DNA of 64,000 nt. It comes from an uncultured Acidobacteriota bacterium. GTDB taxonomy: Bacteria; Acidobacteriota; Blastocatellia; RBC074. Below the pieces are notes generated by a model. That model saw nothing but the letters and a program-made list of their open reading frames with translations, made no database searches and had not been told where the DNA came from. Below are positions 9,547-19,707 of this stretch, piece after piece (position 1 is the first letter of the stretch; each line of letters starts with the position of its first letter). Where the stretch lies: contig CAWCGF010000003.1 in the NCBI GenBank assembly GCA_963794955.1, forward strand, positions 125,985 through 189,984, written 5' to 3'. A program made the position numbers and the translations under genes.

Positions 9547-9752
9547 ATTCAATCTACCTTCCGAAAACGTTAGGGGAAACCACATATTTAGGGGAACGAC
9601 CATAGCTTATCACAAGTGCTTGCGCATGCCACACCGAAGCGGCGCGAAGTTTATCGTGTGAAACAATTCTTGACGCTTTGAAGTGTGTTAAATATAATGC
9701 CCAAGCATTTTTGGCCCACAGATGACAATTAACGCGGTAGGAGGTAGTAATT

Positions 9753-10661
9753 TTGCACCGCATTCTTGCAATCGTGGCGCACTTGGCTCTTTTCAATTTG
9801 TTCGTGACCCTCTCAGTGGCGCAATCGCCACAACGTCAGCTTGAGCAAAATGAAGAAAAGCCTAACGCCAAAAATGTTGTTTCCCTCACGACCACAGACC
9901 TGCTGAATACACAGGATTTCGCTCCGCAAGTTATGGAACCTGCCAAGCGCAGCAGATTGGTAAATCCGGTTAAGGGGGCAAAAGATTCTGCCAGTTCTAC
10001 GCCCTCGGAGATAAGTGCAGGGCGAGGGAAAAAAGGCTTGAAGGCAATCAGTGATAATCAGGATAGTACTGTTGCAGCAATGGCGGACGTGATGCGTCCT
10101 GCGGCGCTCTCCCCCACTACACTCAATGCTGAAGTGTCGGTTAATAGGCCGCCGCTTACGATTAGAACCGGCAATGTGAGCGTGGATGAATTAGTGAGGC
10201 AGTCGGCCCAACGTAATGGTGTAGATCAACGCTTGATTTTGGCCGTGATGCAGCAGGAATCCAGCTTCAATCCGCGGGCTCTTTCTTATAAAGGCGCACG
10301 TGGATTGATGCAATTAATGCCGGGCACAGCGAGTCGCTTTGGCGTGACAGATATTTATGATCCGGCCCAAAATATTGAAGGTGGGACGCGGTATTTAAGA
10401 TTTTTACTCGACACCTTCAATGGTGATGTCGAGTTGGCTTTAGCGGGTTACAATGCCGGCGAGCACGCGGTGTACCGGTACGGCAATCGCATCCCACCGT
10501 ACCGGGAAACACAGGATTATGTGCGCAAGATTTCCGCGCACTATACGCGGCTAACGAATGGAGAAACGGCGCGCCGTTCTGTCGTGCCAGTTGCGGCGAC
10601 GACTACGAAGAAACCGGAAATAGGGTTTATTACCGTCGGCCCCACCATGACCCAGTATTAG
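9753..10661 (+). CDS. Lytic transglycosylase (SLT domain), secreted
   Basis: The SLT catalytic motif MQQESSFNPRALSYKGARGLMQLMPGTA...AGYNAGEHAV is present, with an N-terminal signal peptide. Confidence 0.85.
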   Translation: MHRILAIVAHLALFNLFVTLSVAQSPQRQLEQNEEKPNAKNVVSLTTTDLLNTQDFAPQVMEPAKRSRLVNPVKGAKDSASSTPSEISAGRGKKGLKAISDNQDSTVAAMADVMRPAALSPTTLNAEVSVNRPPLTIRTGNVSVDELVRQSAQRNGVDQRLILAVMQQESSFNPRALSYKGARGLMQLMPGTASRFGVTDIYDPAQNIEGGTRYLRFLLDTFNGDVELALAGYNAGEHAVYRYGNRIPPYRETQDYVRKISAHYTRLTNGETARRSVVPVAATTTKKPEIGFITVGPTMTQY

Positions 10662-10675
10662 GCATAAGTTTTCGA

Positions 10676-10741
<66 letters not shown>

Positions 10742-10750
10742 CGAGCAATT

Positions 10751-10801
10751 AGCCCATAGCTTTTAGCCAGAAACGCAAGGCGTTGCTAAAAGCTATGGGC
10801 T
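10751..10801. repeat. Perfect 17-bp-arm inverted repeat (AGCCCATAGCTTTTAGC ... GCTAAAAGCTATGGGCT) between convergent genes
   Basis: It lies 15 bp downstream of the stop of the minus-strand DnaC-like gene. It is probably a transcription-terminating hairpin without a U-tract, or a protein-binding site. Confidence 0.4.
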
Positions 10802-10816
10802 AGTTGCTCTTCAGAC

Positions 10817-11593
10817 CTAAAACTTCCGACCGCGATTGTTGTTGATTTTGAGGCGATGGTCATCACCGGTGATTTTGATAACTTTGCACATTTCGTGCAG
10901 GCGAGAACGCAAGCGAACGCCGACGCGATCCGTGAGCGTTTCTTCATTGGGTGAGGTGACTTCGTCAAGATAATTCGTCGTGAAGATGGTGAGCTTTTTG
11001 TCGTTGTAGCGTTTGTTGATAATCTGCGTCATCGTGTCGCGTACCCAATCGGTGGGCTTCGAGGCACCTAATTCATCCAGCACTAACACTTCGGCTTCGT
11101 AGACAGGGGCTAAAACCCGCAGTTCGGAATTTTGTGAAATGGGGTTGTAGCTATCCTGGATTTCCTTGAGCAAATCACGGAAATCATAAAACACACTGGC
11201 AATGCCTTTCCGCTGAATTAGCGAAGCGACGATAGCCGAGGCCAGATGCGTTTTGCCGACGCCACAAGGCCCAATAAAAAGTAAGCCAATTTCCAAATTG
11301 GGATATTCGTCCACTAATCCTTGGGACATTCCCAGCGCGGCTCTTTGTGAGGCTGCATGGGCTGAATTCGGATTGCCTTGGGGATAGTAATTATGAAACG
11401 AACAGCCTTCATAACGTTTGGGAATGCGCGCCGCTTCCAGCAATTGCGAACGCCGATCTGTTGAGCGACAACGGCACGGGCGTACACCTTTCCCTTCTAC
11501 GGATTCCCAGCCCAGGCCACGGCAATATTCACAAGGCTTACGCTCTTCGGCAGGTTGTACTGGGGCGAGGTGAATATTCATCTGTTGTTGCAT
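10817..11593 (-). CDS. DnaC/IstB-like AAA+ ATPase (putative helicase loader) with an N-terminal Cys-rich zinc-ribbon-like segment
   Basis: Walker A is [12 protein letters not shown] and Walker B is VLVLDELGA. The N-terminus carries CEYCRGLGW...RPCRC. There is no adjacent IstA transposase, so it is not called an IS21 element. Confidence 0.7.
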   Translation of the reverse strand: MQQQMNIHLAPVQPAEERKPCEYCRGLGWESVEGKGVRPCRCRSTDRRSQLLEAARIPKRYEGCSFHNYYPQGNPNSAHAASQRAALGMSQGLVDEYPNLEIGLLFIGPCGVGKTHLASAIVASLIQRKGIASVFYDFRDLLKEIQDSYNPISQNSELRVLAPVYEAEVLVLDELGASKPTDWVRDTMTQIINKRYNDKKLTIFTTNYLDEVTSPNEETLTDRVGVRLRSRLHEMCKVIKITGDDHRLKINNNRGRKF

Positions 11594-11806
11594 GGTTACT
11601 TGCGGTTTAGCGCGCTATAGCACCAGGATCGAGGCGGATTATAAGGAAGCCTCTGCGTCAATTCAAGGTGGCAGCGCGGCAAATAGAATGGTCTTGGCCA
11701 GAATAATTGGCGTGCCATGGATAAAGCATTCTGATTGCCGGAATTGCGCGTTTTCGTTAGAATCCAACTGCCTCGTTTTCCATTCATTGAGATGAAGGTT
11801 GTGTTT

Positions 11807-12067
11807 ATGAAAGATCGTATTTTTTGCTTATTCCTCACTGCTTTATTTTCGACTCTGGTCAGTTCGATAGCAATTGCGCAGCAACGTCCAAGTCCTCAAC
11901 CACAGACATCAGAAGTGGCCGTTTCGGCTACGACAGGCAAAGAAGCTGTTTGCGAAGGGGGCGCAGAAATTATTCCGAGTGGGCAGCAATCCTTTGCGCG
12001 CAAGCGATATGTCGCAATCAAACCAATTTCCAAAACAAAGTTGACGAAGTCTCGTGCCCGAAAATAA
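11807..12067 (+). CDS. Small secreted hypothetical protein (~87 aa)
   Basis: The signal peptide is MKDRIFCLFLTALFSTLVSSIAIAQQ. It ends 5 bp before moaE. There is no recognisable domain. Confidence 0.3.
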   Translation: MKDRIFCLFLTALFSTLVSSIAIAQQRPSPQPQTSEVAVSATTGKEAVCEGGAEIIPSGQQSFARKRYVAIKPISKTKLTKSRARK

Positions 12068-12072
12068 AAACT

Positions 12073-12531
12073 ATGCCGGAAGATATTTATGAAGTTACGC
12101 GCACGCCTATTGATAAAGTCGCACTGGAACAACGCCTGCTGACCGGAGCCGCCGGAGCGATAGTAACCTTTGATGGCGTCGTGCGCGAACAAACCAAAGG
12201 CCGTCCGGTAGTGAGCTTGCAGTATGAAGCATATGAACCGATGGCAGTTAAAGAAATGCGCAAGGTAGGGGAAGAAATTCGCGTGCGGTGGCCCGCAGTC
12301 CTCCACATTGGTATCATTCATCGCTTTGGCGAACTCAGCATTACGGAATCAAGCATTGCTATCGTCATTACCTCACCACATCGCCGCATCGCCTTTGAAG
12401 CCTGTCATTATGCGATTGATCGTGTAAAGCAGACCGTCCCGATTTGGAAAAAAGAAATCTTTGCTGATGGCGAAGCCTGGGTCGAAGGTCAAAGACCGGG
12501 CGAAGGAGAGAAGGGGAGAACCGGAGAGTGA
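12073..12531 (+). CDS. moaE: Molybdopterin synthase catalytic subunit MoaE
   Basis: The MoaE fold is recognisable from MPEDIYEVTRTPID...GAIVTFDGVVRE...ITSPHRRIAFEACHYAIDRVKQTVPIWKKE. The lysine-rich C-terminal tail is GC-rich and low-complexity. Confidence 0.85.
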   Translation: MPEDIYEVTRTPIDKVALEQRLLTGAAGAIVTFDGVVREQTKGRPVVSLQYEAYEPMAVKEMRKVGEEIRVRWPAVLHIGIIHRFGELSITESSIAIVITSPHRRIAFEACHYAIDRVKQTVPIWKKEIFADGEAWVEGQRPGEGEKGRTGE

Positions 12532-12642
12532 GGGAAAAGGAGACAGAGGGAATGAGCGACGGAGAAGCTTCTCTCCCACGCTCCATCGCTCTGTCTCTCT
12601 TCCTCCTGCTCACCCCCTTCTCTCCTTCGCCCGGTCTATGTT

Positions 12643-13656
12643 TTAACAGCCGGGGGGGATAAGGATTGGCATACGCAACTTCGTAGAAGTCGCGTTTATC
12701 AGGCGATGCAAATTATGCCCCTGATTAAAGCCTTGGCCCGTAGTTTGTGCATTGGGATTGAGGTTGATCATTGCTCCCAGGATCGCGCGCGCATCGCTGG
12801 CTCCGCCTTGCGGCGTATTATCTACTTTTTCAATCGTGAACAGTCTGATCCAGCCTGATGAACCAACGCCAATGACTTTTGACAATGGTGGTGCGGTACG
12901 AAGAAACGTGTCACTCAAAGTGGCGCGCAACTGGCAGCCGCTCGTGCGAATGTTGAAGCTGAAACTTTTCTCCACATCGTTGTAAAGCAATCCGCCTAGT
13001 ATGCCAATCTCACTGACCTGTCCATCTAAACTGCCGCCGATGCGATTGAGTATCAGCAATGTATCGTTGTTATCTGCGCGACTGGGAAGATTATCCAAGG
13101 CCAGATCGTACGGCAGTCGTTCGTATCCCGCATCATCAAAAACCAAGTCCACCAAGGTTCCGCCTGAATCGGGAACTGGAACGGCGGCATTGGCTAGATT
13201 GACCAACACCAATGACTCGGCGGGAAGACTGGATTGATGCCCGCTGGCGAATTTTACATATTCTGTCCCGATCAGAAAGTCGAAGTCCCTGGGCATGCCT
13301 TGTGCTGTGACGGCGACGGCAATGGCGTATCCTGTAACCCCAGGGTCGTAGTCTGAGGACAAAAAGCTAAAGGTCTGGTTCCCTGTCAAACAGGTGAATG
13401 TATCGGCTACAGCGCAGGTACCACTATCCACAAAAAACCAATGCATGATCACCGGATCATTCGAGGTATTGGTGATGTTGAGACGGGTGTTTTGTTGTTC
13501 AGGGGAACCGACACTGGACGTATAGATGTTGTAGAAAAGGATCGAACCCTGTTTATTGCCATTGCCGCCTAGTGCTTGCGCCGTGATTGCCTCGGCGCTT
13601 AGCAACAGGCACGAGAGCGTAATGAGTATTTGGATCAAATGGCGTAATGTTTTCAT
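12643..13656 (-). CDS. Secreted hypothetical protein (~338 aa)
   Basis: The signal peptide MKTLRHLIQILITLSCLLLSAEAITAQA starts at the internal ATG at 13656. No domain was recognised. The C-terminus ends IPPGC. Confidence 0.6.
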   Translation of the reverse strand: MKTLRHLIQILITLSCLLLSAEAITAQALGGNGNKQGSILFYNIYTSSVGSPEQQNTRLNITNTSNDPVIMHWFFVDSGTCAVADTFTCLTGNQTFSFLSSDYDPGVTGYAIAVAVTAQGMPRDFDFLIGTEYVKFASGHQSSLPAESLVLVNLANAAVPVPDSGGTLVDLVFDDAGYERLPYDLALDNLPSRADNNDTLLILNRIGGSLDGQVSEIGILGGLLYNDVEKSFSFNIRTSGCQLRATLSDTFLRTAPPLSKVIGVGSSGWIRLFTIEKVDNTPQGGASDARAILGAMINLNPNAQTTGQGFNQGHNLHRLINATSTKLRMPILIPPGC

Positions 13657-14313
13657 AACTATGTTCCTCGATAATCGCTGTTGTGCGAAAAAATATCCCT
13701 GGAAGCACGAGTGCTCCCAGGGATTTCTAGCAGGGGAAATGAGAGCGATGGGCTTGATCTGAAAAGCGCGAGTAGCACCGCCTGTAAGGACTTGCCTAGA
13801 GGTGTTTCGTGGTGTGATAAGTGAATAGGCGCGCGCCAAAAAGCCCGTAGCTGCCACTGGCGCGCAAGGGAAAACGTCAACTATGTGCAATGTAGCAACT
13901 TGGATTTTTCGCAGACCTATGCCTGGACGAACCAGTGCCTCGCGTTTCTTCATGATAAGCCTCTGCTTACGTGGGGGCGTAGTTTGAGGTTAGTTGTTGA
14001 GGAAAATCACCCGCACAACGTGTACTCATTCCTGCGCGCAAGTGACCCGTGACAAGGAGGCGTAATACTTGCGCCAGGGAACCGAGGTAGCGTCAATGTA
14101 CAACATCCAGTGAATCGTTAGTCGTCTGAATTGTAGTGAGCATCTTCTGAGGATTGCCGGAAACGAAAAGCCCTCACTACATATTGACGATTAGGAGTTA
14201 TCCGTATTAGCAACGGCATAGTAACAGGCTGATAAAGCTTTTTCAACAGTGTTTATCGGAAAAATTGTAGGAAAGTTCACTGCGCTGCGATTCTGCGCAA
14301 CAGTGGCTGAGAA

Positions 14314-15537
14314 TCAAAGATGTTGTGCCAGCAACGTCAGGAAGGTTCCGACATCGGTGACGACGCCAACAGTTTGGGCTGAACCGCGATCAGAGAGCTT
14401 CGTAACTACCGCCGGGTTAATATCCACACACACCATCCGCACCCACGACGGCGTCATATTGCCAACGCCAATCGAATGCAGCATCGAGGAAAGGCAGATC
14501 ACCATCTTGGCACCGACCAATTGTTCGGCATATTTTTCCTGGGCTTTGAGCAAATCCATTTCGGTGTCTGGCAGCGGCCCATCATCGCGGATTGAGCCTG
14601 CCAATACGAAGGGCACGCCGCGCTTGACGCATTCATACATTACGCCATGTTGCAGCATCCCGGCGGCAACCGCGCCCGCAATGGAACCGTGGCGATTGAT
14701 GGCATTGATCGCGCGCATGTGATTTTTATGCCCTTCTTCCAGTGGGACGCCGTGTTCCAAATCCACGCCGAGCGAGGTTCCGTACAACGTATGCTCAATG
14801 TCATGCACGGCGATGGCATTGCCCGCGAGCAACGCATCCACATAGCCTTTGCGGATGATTTCGCTGAATGGTTTTGTCCCACCGGTATGAATGACAACTG
14901 GCCCGGCGACGAACACAATTCTGCCATTCTCCTGGGCTTTGACCTGCTTCATCAGTTCGGCGATTTTGCGTACAGCGGTTTCAGTGCGACGCTCCGACGA
15001 GATGTCATTCGCCATAAACGCGAAGCCGAGGCGGTCACGCTCTTTGAATTCCGGTTGAATCCTGACGCCGTGCGCGCCACACACAATCCTCTCGCCTTGC
15101 TGCACCTCGCGCAACTTGCGACATTCAGCGTACGCCTGGCCGTCTTTTTCCGAGAGTATAATCACCGCATCCATACGCTGCTTAGCCACTTCGAGCCATT
15201 GGTTTTGATAGCGCACAAACGTGCGGTGATTCGTCGTCGAATAAAAATCATCCGGCACCACACAATCCGCTTCTGCCGCGTGGGTGGTGACATTGGCGAT
15301 CTCATCTTCGTAGCAGCCTAGCTCAATTAACTCTGCCAGGGTTTTTTCGAGGAGGTCTTGCGTCTCAGCATTGATGCGCATCTTAAGCCGTGAGATTTCC
15401 TCGTTCGTACGTCCGAGATGAAAATCCAGGACTTCATACGCCGCGCCGCATTCAATGACACGATCCATGATCTTGGAGAGAATTTGTGAATCAACTAAGT
15501 GACCTTCTGCTTGGACAATTTCAGAAAACATAAGCAA
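14314..15537 (-). CDS. TIGR00300 / LOR-SDH conserved-region family protein (archaeal-type ornithine cyclodeaminase-like)
   Basis: The ~407-aa architecture matches the LOR/SDH 'conserved region' family through the Gly-rich Rossmann-like segments (IVFVAGPVVIHTGG, GSIRDDGPLPDT). The specific function is not assignable. Confidence 0.55.
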   Translation of the reverse strand: MLMFSEIVQAEGHLVDSQILSKIMDRVIECGAAYEVLDFHLGRTNEEISRLKMRINAETQDLLEKTLAELIELGCYEDEIANVTTHAAEADCVVPDDFYSTTNHRTFVRYQNQWLEVAKQRMDAVIILSEKDGQAYAECRKLREVQQGERIVCGAHGVRIQPEFKERDRLGFAFMANDISSERRTETAVRKIAELMKQVKAQENGRIVFVAGPVVIHTGGTKPFSEIIRKGYVDALLAGNAIAVHDIEHTLYGTSLGVDLEHGVPLEEGHKNHMRAINAINRHGSIAGAVAAGMLQHGVMYECVKRGVPFVLAGSIRDDGPLPDTEMDLLKAQEKYAEQLVGAKMVICLSSMLHSIGVGNMTPSWVRMVCVDINPAVVTKLSDRGSAQTVGVVTDVGTFLTLLAQHL

Positions 15538-15644
15538 CCATCAATAGAGTGTTCATAGTGAAAGGGCATACTGTAGGACATGCGCTGTGATCCTCCAACT
15601 GAAAATCTCCGCGTGCCTAATTTTTCCTCGGCATGGGGCGGCGA

Positions 15645-15681
15645 TCAAAAAAAGTCAGCCTCCTACAACAGAAGGCTGACT
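15645..15681 (-). terminator. Rho-independent terminator of the 1234-aa secreted protein gene
   Basis: On the minus strand the hairpin GTCAGCCTTCTGTTGTAGGAGGCTGAC is followed by TTTTTTTGATC. It sits right after the stop at 15709. Confidence 0.6.
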
Positions 15682-15708
15682 GCCTCAAATTAGCGATGGC
15701 GCGCAACC

Positions 15709-18700
15709 TTACTTAATATTAACGCGCACGGTGTTAGCCACTTGACCGTCCACTGCCAAGACCACATCCACTTCACCGCGTCCCAACAAGGTGCGGGGCA
15801 ACAAAATATTGACCTGATCCAGGCCAATATAATCGGTTTGGGTTCCGGCATAGACGACATTGACCACCACGCCGCCTACCGTCGCCTTAACCGCAGTGAG
15901 CGCCGTGCGAAAGCGCAGCCCTGTGCCATACAACACCAAATACACTTGATCTGTCACTGGTCCTAGATCAATCGGCAGACTAATGAATTTGTTTTGCATG
16001 GGATCGAAACGTACCATCTGCTCAAAGGTAGAAACCATGTTGCGCACGCGTTGTACCTGACCGGCGGCAATTCCTTTGCCACTGGCGTCGGCAGCAAAGA
16101 TGCCGGGCATGACACGACCGATTTGCATAGTTCCGCTGGAGAAAGCGCCCGCGCTGTTATTGATCGTGATTGTAGCTGTCCCGGTCGTTGTGCCGGGGGG
16201 GATTTGATAATTGATCTGTGTTGGCGAGACAAAGAATAACGGCGCGAGGCGTTCTGTGCCTGCGCTGTCTTTAACGATGATACTGGTTCCGGCCAATGTG
16301 GTTGGGAGCGGCAACGAAGCTGCGGCCAGTGCTCCGCTGGCCAAATTGATGCCAAAGGCGGAAACAATCGCTTCGGTGGCAACGGGCGCTTCGGGTGCAT
16401 AGCTGGCCGCCGAAACGCTCACAGCTTTGGCCGTATGGCGTGAGTAGGTGCGCAAAATGCGGGTGGTATGTCCGGCTTGATCACGGATTTCCACGGCGAT
16501 GGTGAGGGGGCCTGTGAACAAATCAAGCGGTGTCGGCAAATCAATCACCACTGTATTGCCATTGCTGATCCTGGCGCTTGCGGCCAGATTAGTGCCCGCC
16601 GGGACATTGCCCACGGCGCGATCCAGCGTGACGGAAAGCGTAGCGGAATTGATGCCACTTTCCAAATCGTAAGCGCCAATCACCAGGCGCGAGAGGGTGC
16701 GCTCTTTCGTTGCTTGCTCGACCGAGGGCACAAGGGTTAATGTGGGGCGCAGATCATCTTCCAGATAACCCGCATACGTTTTCCAGCCCACAGAAAAGTT
16801 GATGGTGGTCAAATCAATCGGGCAGCCGAGGTCAATCCAACGCACAATTTTCAGGCGCTCATCCCACGTCATTGTGAGGCCCGAATTGGGCGGCGGCATT
16901 TGTTCGCCGGTGTAATCCAGGTCGCAATCGTAAAAGTTAAAGCCGGGCGGAATCGTTGCCGGATTGCTTGGATCGCTGGGCGAAGGACGATCCGCGTTAG
17001 TGCGTCCGTCCAACCTGCGCCCAAAAATCTTCCACGCCAATAAGCTCTGGCGCGCTTGTCCGGCGCGAATGTATTTCGTGACTTGTGGCCAATACCAATC
17101 GCCGAGCGGTGAGAACGAACGCGGCACCGGATTGGCCAGCGGGTCTTTGTGAATGGCTAAGGCGGCATACGTTGCCGGGTAATAGCCATCGGGAATTTGC
17201 TCGCTGGCGCGTCGCATTTCGACCAATTTGTTGTCCCCCAGATCAAGCCCGCCAGCGGGAATGGTGATGCCGTTCGACGAATGGCACGACGCGCATTTCG
17301 CCTGCAAAATTGGGCGAATGTCGCGGAAGTATTCGACGGTTGAGAATCGTTCAGAAGATTCGATGACGCCGGGATGCGCTGAGCCATCCACGCGCAGCAG
17401 CGGTGTCGTTTGCGACAAATCGCGGACTTGATAATCAGGCTTGGCGGCGGCGGTTTGGCTGAACTCCATGGCCGACTTGGCATGCGCGTGACAACCACCA
17501 CAATTAATGCGCTTTTCGCCGGGCGGCAAGCTGTGCCACGTCTGCGCCGTATTCAGCACCAGGCCGTTGCGATCCAATGTTTGAAACGTGAACGGCGTGT
17601 CGGCGGGAATACGAGCTAGAAAGGAGGTGTCGGTATTGCCTTGCAGGTCAAGCACGCCTTCTTTGCGTACCGGGATTTCGCCGAGGATGCGAATGCGTTC
17701 ATTGAAATTGGATGTGAAGCCGCGATAGTTGTCCGGGTAGCGCAAATCACTGGTAGGCTGCATTGCAATCAAGCGCACGGCGTAAATATCGTTGTCGGTG
17801 TAAACGCCTGCATCAGCACCTTGAAACGTCCAGTTGCGATTGCCGTTGTTCCAATGCTGAAAAAATGGGTCACCGTAAAATGGTCGCGTATCGCGCGAAA
17901 TCAGTGATGACGAGCCAACGAGAGCGAGCGGCGTGCCTTCGGGCAAGCGGGCATCGTGCGTGCCATCATTGGCTAACTTCGGCAAATCAACCGGTGCGGC
18001 GACGCCATAAATTTGCTGATACGGCACGACGACGCGCGGCCAAAGCTCGTGATAACGCGGATCGTTTTTGATCAGCACTAATTCAGACGGCGCGTTCATC
18101 ACTTGATCGCCACGCATGCGATAGATTCCGGCGTCGTAATATGGCTGGGTTAAGCCCAAACGGTTGTAATAAATCTTGTGATTGGCCGAACCGGGCGCGT
18201 AGGTCACGAGTAGTTCGTTATTCGGCCCGGCAGACGGTAAAGTAAATTTGCCGACGCGCGAAGCATTGCCGTTCGGACATGGGTCTTGCGACACCAGCGC
18301 ACCGGGAAAGCAGGGGGCAGGATAATCATCTGCTGTCGTGAAAGGCGTGATACGCGTATAGCCGACGCGCTTCAACGGGATTTCTTCATCTGGCATTTTG
18401 TCATCAGGAATCGGCTGAAACAGCGGTGCCGTGCTGTTCGTGTTCACGGGGAAGCGATACAGTTCGCCAAAGCCGTTGTTGTTGAGGTTGTAGTACCGAT
18501 TGACGACAATATCGCCATTGGATATTTGCGTCATAAAGTGATGCGCAATGTCGGCATCGCCAAAACCGGAAAACGTGTCGAAGTTCGTGCCATCCGGCCA
18601 AATTGACCAGAGCATAAAACTGCGATCATCGCGCGATCCCATATTTTCCCACGTCGAAAACACAATGCGCCCATCCTTCAGCACAAACGGGTGCATGGCC

Positions 18701-19413
18701 GAAGCCAGATTGAAATGCCCAATCGTGTGTGCGTTTTTGCCATCGCCATCCATGACCCAAAGCTGCATCGTGCGCAGCCCCGTATGGACTTTCGGCTTGT
18801 TCGGAATGTAGTTGTCGCGCGTCGAGGTATAGACCACGCGGCCATCGGGCAGAAACGCCGGGCCGGTATTGAAGACCCCGACTTCGGGGCAGTTTGATTG
18901 AAATTGCTTCGAGCAATCGTAAATCGCGCCGTTGCCCGTGTTCGGCGAAAACTCTTGATTTGTCAGTCGTGTAGTTTTGCGTGTGAGCAAATCAATGCGG
19001 TAAATGTCTGCGCCATCGCGTGAGAGTTGAATGGCACTGTAATCGGCGCGCCGTTGCGAATTAGAATTTCTGACGTTGGGGAAATACGCGAAAATAACTG
19101 ACCGCCCGTCGAAGGACAGCGAAGGGTCCATCACCGCGCCATTCGCGCCCGCCGCGAATAAGACTTCTTCCGTGCCATTTGGGTGGAGCAGCATCAAGTC
19201 CGCGCCAGGTTCGGGCAGCAACGGCGTCAATGCTTCGGGCAAATAGTTAATCTGGTTGTCACCAGAGCGCAGCGCCCGCACATACACGATGTCATAATTC
19301 ACGGGCGGCAAGGCTTGCGCCGATGTGGTGAAAGCTGTTTGGGGAAAAGAAGCAGGAAGAAAGAACAGCGCATTTGCTGCGCAGAAAAAGACCAAGAACA
19401 ATTTTTTCAACAT
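15709..19413 (-). CDS. Large secreted protein: N-terminal TolB/PD40-like beta-propeller, central region with two CxxCH haem-binding motifs, and a C-terminal ~230-aa domain (TIGR03437-like 'Solibacter C-terminal' domain)
   Basis: It has a signal peptide. The CxxCH motifs read INCGGCHAHAKS and AKCASCHSSNG. The C-terminal domain (VSAFGINLASG...LPLPTTLAGTSIIVKDSAG...PTQINYQIP...LDQVNILLPR...VDGQVANTV) is shared with the adjacent gene. Confidence 0.8.
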   Translation of the reverse strand: MLKKLFLVFFCAANALFFLPASFPQTAFTTSAQALPPVNYDIVYVRALRSGDNQINYLPEALTPLLPEPGADLMLLHPNGTEEVLFAAGANGAVMDPSLSFDGRSVIFAYFPNVRNSNSQRRADYSAIQLSRDGADIYRIDLLTRKTTRLTNQEFSPNTGNGAIYDCSKQFQSNCPEVGVFNTGPAFLPDGRVVYTSTRDNYIPNKPKVHTGLRTMQLWVMDGDGKNAHTIGHFNLASAMHPFVLKDGRIVFSTWENMGSRDDRSFMLWSIWPDGTNFDTFSGFGDADIAHHFMTQISNGDIVVNRYYNLNNNGFGELYRFPVNTNSTAPLFQPIPDDKMPDEEIPLKRVGYTRITPFTTADDYPAPCFPGALVSQDPCPNGNASRVGKFTLPSAGPNNELLVTYAPGSANHKIYYNRLGLTQPYYDAGIYRMRGDQVMNAPSELVLIKNDPRYHELWPRVVVPYQQIYGVAAPVDLPKLANDGTHDARLPEGTPLALVGSSSLISRDTRPFYGDPFFQHWNNGNRNWTFQGADAGVYTDNDIYAVRLIAMQPTSDLRYPDNYRGFTSNFNERIRILGEIPVRKEGVLDLQGNTDTSFLARIPADTPFTFQTLDRNGLVLNTAQTWHSLPPGEKRINCGGCHAHAKSAMEFSQTAAAKPDYQVRDLSQTTPLLRVDGSAHPGVIESSERFSTVEYFRDIRPILQAKCASCHSSNGITIPAGGLDLGDNKLVEMRRASEQIPDGYYPATYAALAIHKDPLANPVPRSFSPLGDWYWPQVTKYIRAGQARQSLLAWKIFGRRLDGRTNADRPSPSDPSNPATIPPGFNFYDCDLDYTGEQMPPPNSGLTMTWDERLKIVRWIDLGCPIDLTTINFSVGWKTYAGYLEDDLRPTLTLVPSVEQATKERTLSRLVIGAYDLESGINSATLSVTLDRAVGNVPAGTNLAASARISNGNTVVIDLPTPLDLFTGPLTIAVEIRDQAGHTTRILRTYSRHTAKAVSVSAASYAPEAPVATEAIVSAFGINLASGALAAASLPLPTTLAGTSIIVKDSAGTERLAPLFFVSPTQINYQIPPGTTTGTATITINNSAGAFSSGTMQIGRVMPGIFAADASGKGIAAGQVQRVRNMVSTFEQMVRFDPMQNKFISLPIDLGPVTDQVYLVLYGTGLRFRTALTAVKATVGGVVVNVVYAGTQTDYIGLDQVNILLPRTLLGRGEVDVVLAVDGQVANTVRVNIK

Positions 19414-19707
19414 ACAAATAATCTCTAACTCACCCAGCCGGCCCCTGGGGGGGAAATCTCGTTCAATTGACGCACCGCGATCTCAAGGAGAAATAAGTCG
19501 CTCTATAAAGTAGGTAAGCGGCGTGAAGGGGTACAGCACGGGCGATTACGGTTATTAGTTACATCACCGGTGCTGCAAAGCGGGGAGCTTGTAGGTACAA
19601 CCCAGTTATGAAGACGCGGGGGATTGTGAAAGAGGCGAGAAACAGAGTCAAGCCGGATGACGGCTGTTTGTCGCCTCTTCACAATTTCCCGTGCGGACTA
19701 AGGATAA

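Noticed and set aside
10817-11593. IS21-family mobile element (IstB-like ATPase)
   Set aside because: There is no IstA transposase and no terminal inverted repeats. The N-terminal zinc-ribbon plus AAA+ architecture fits a chromosomal DnaC/DnaI-type helicase loader instead.
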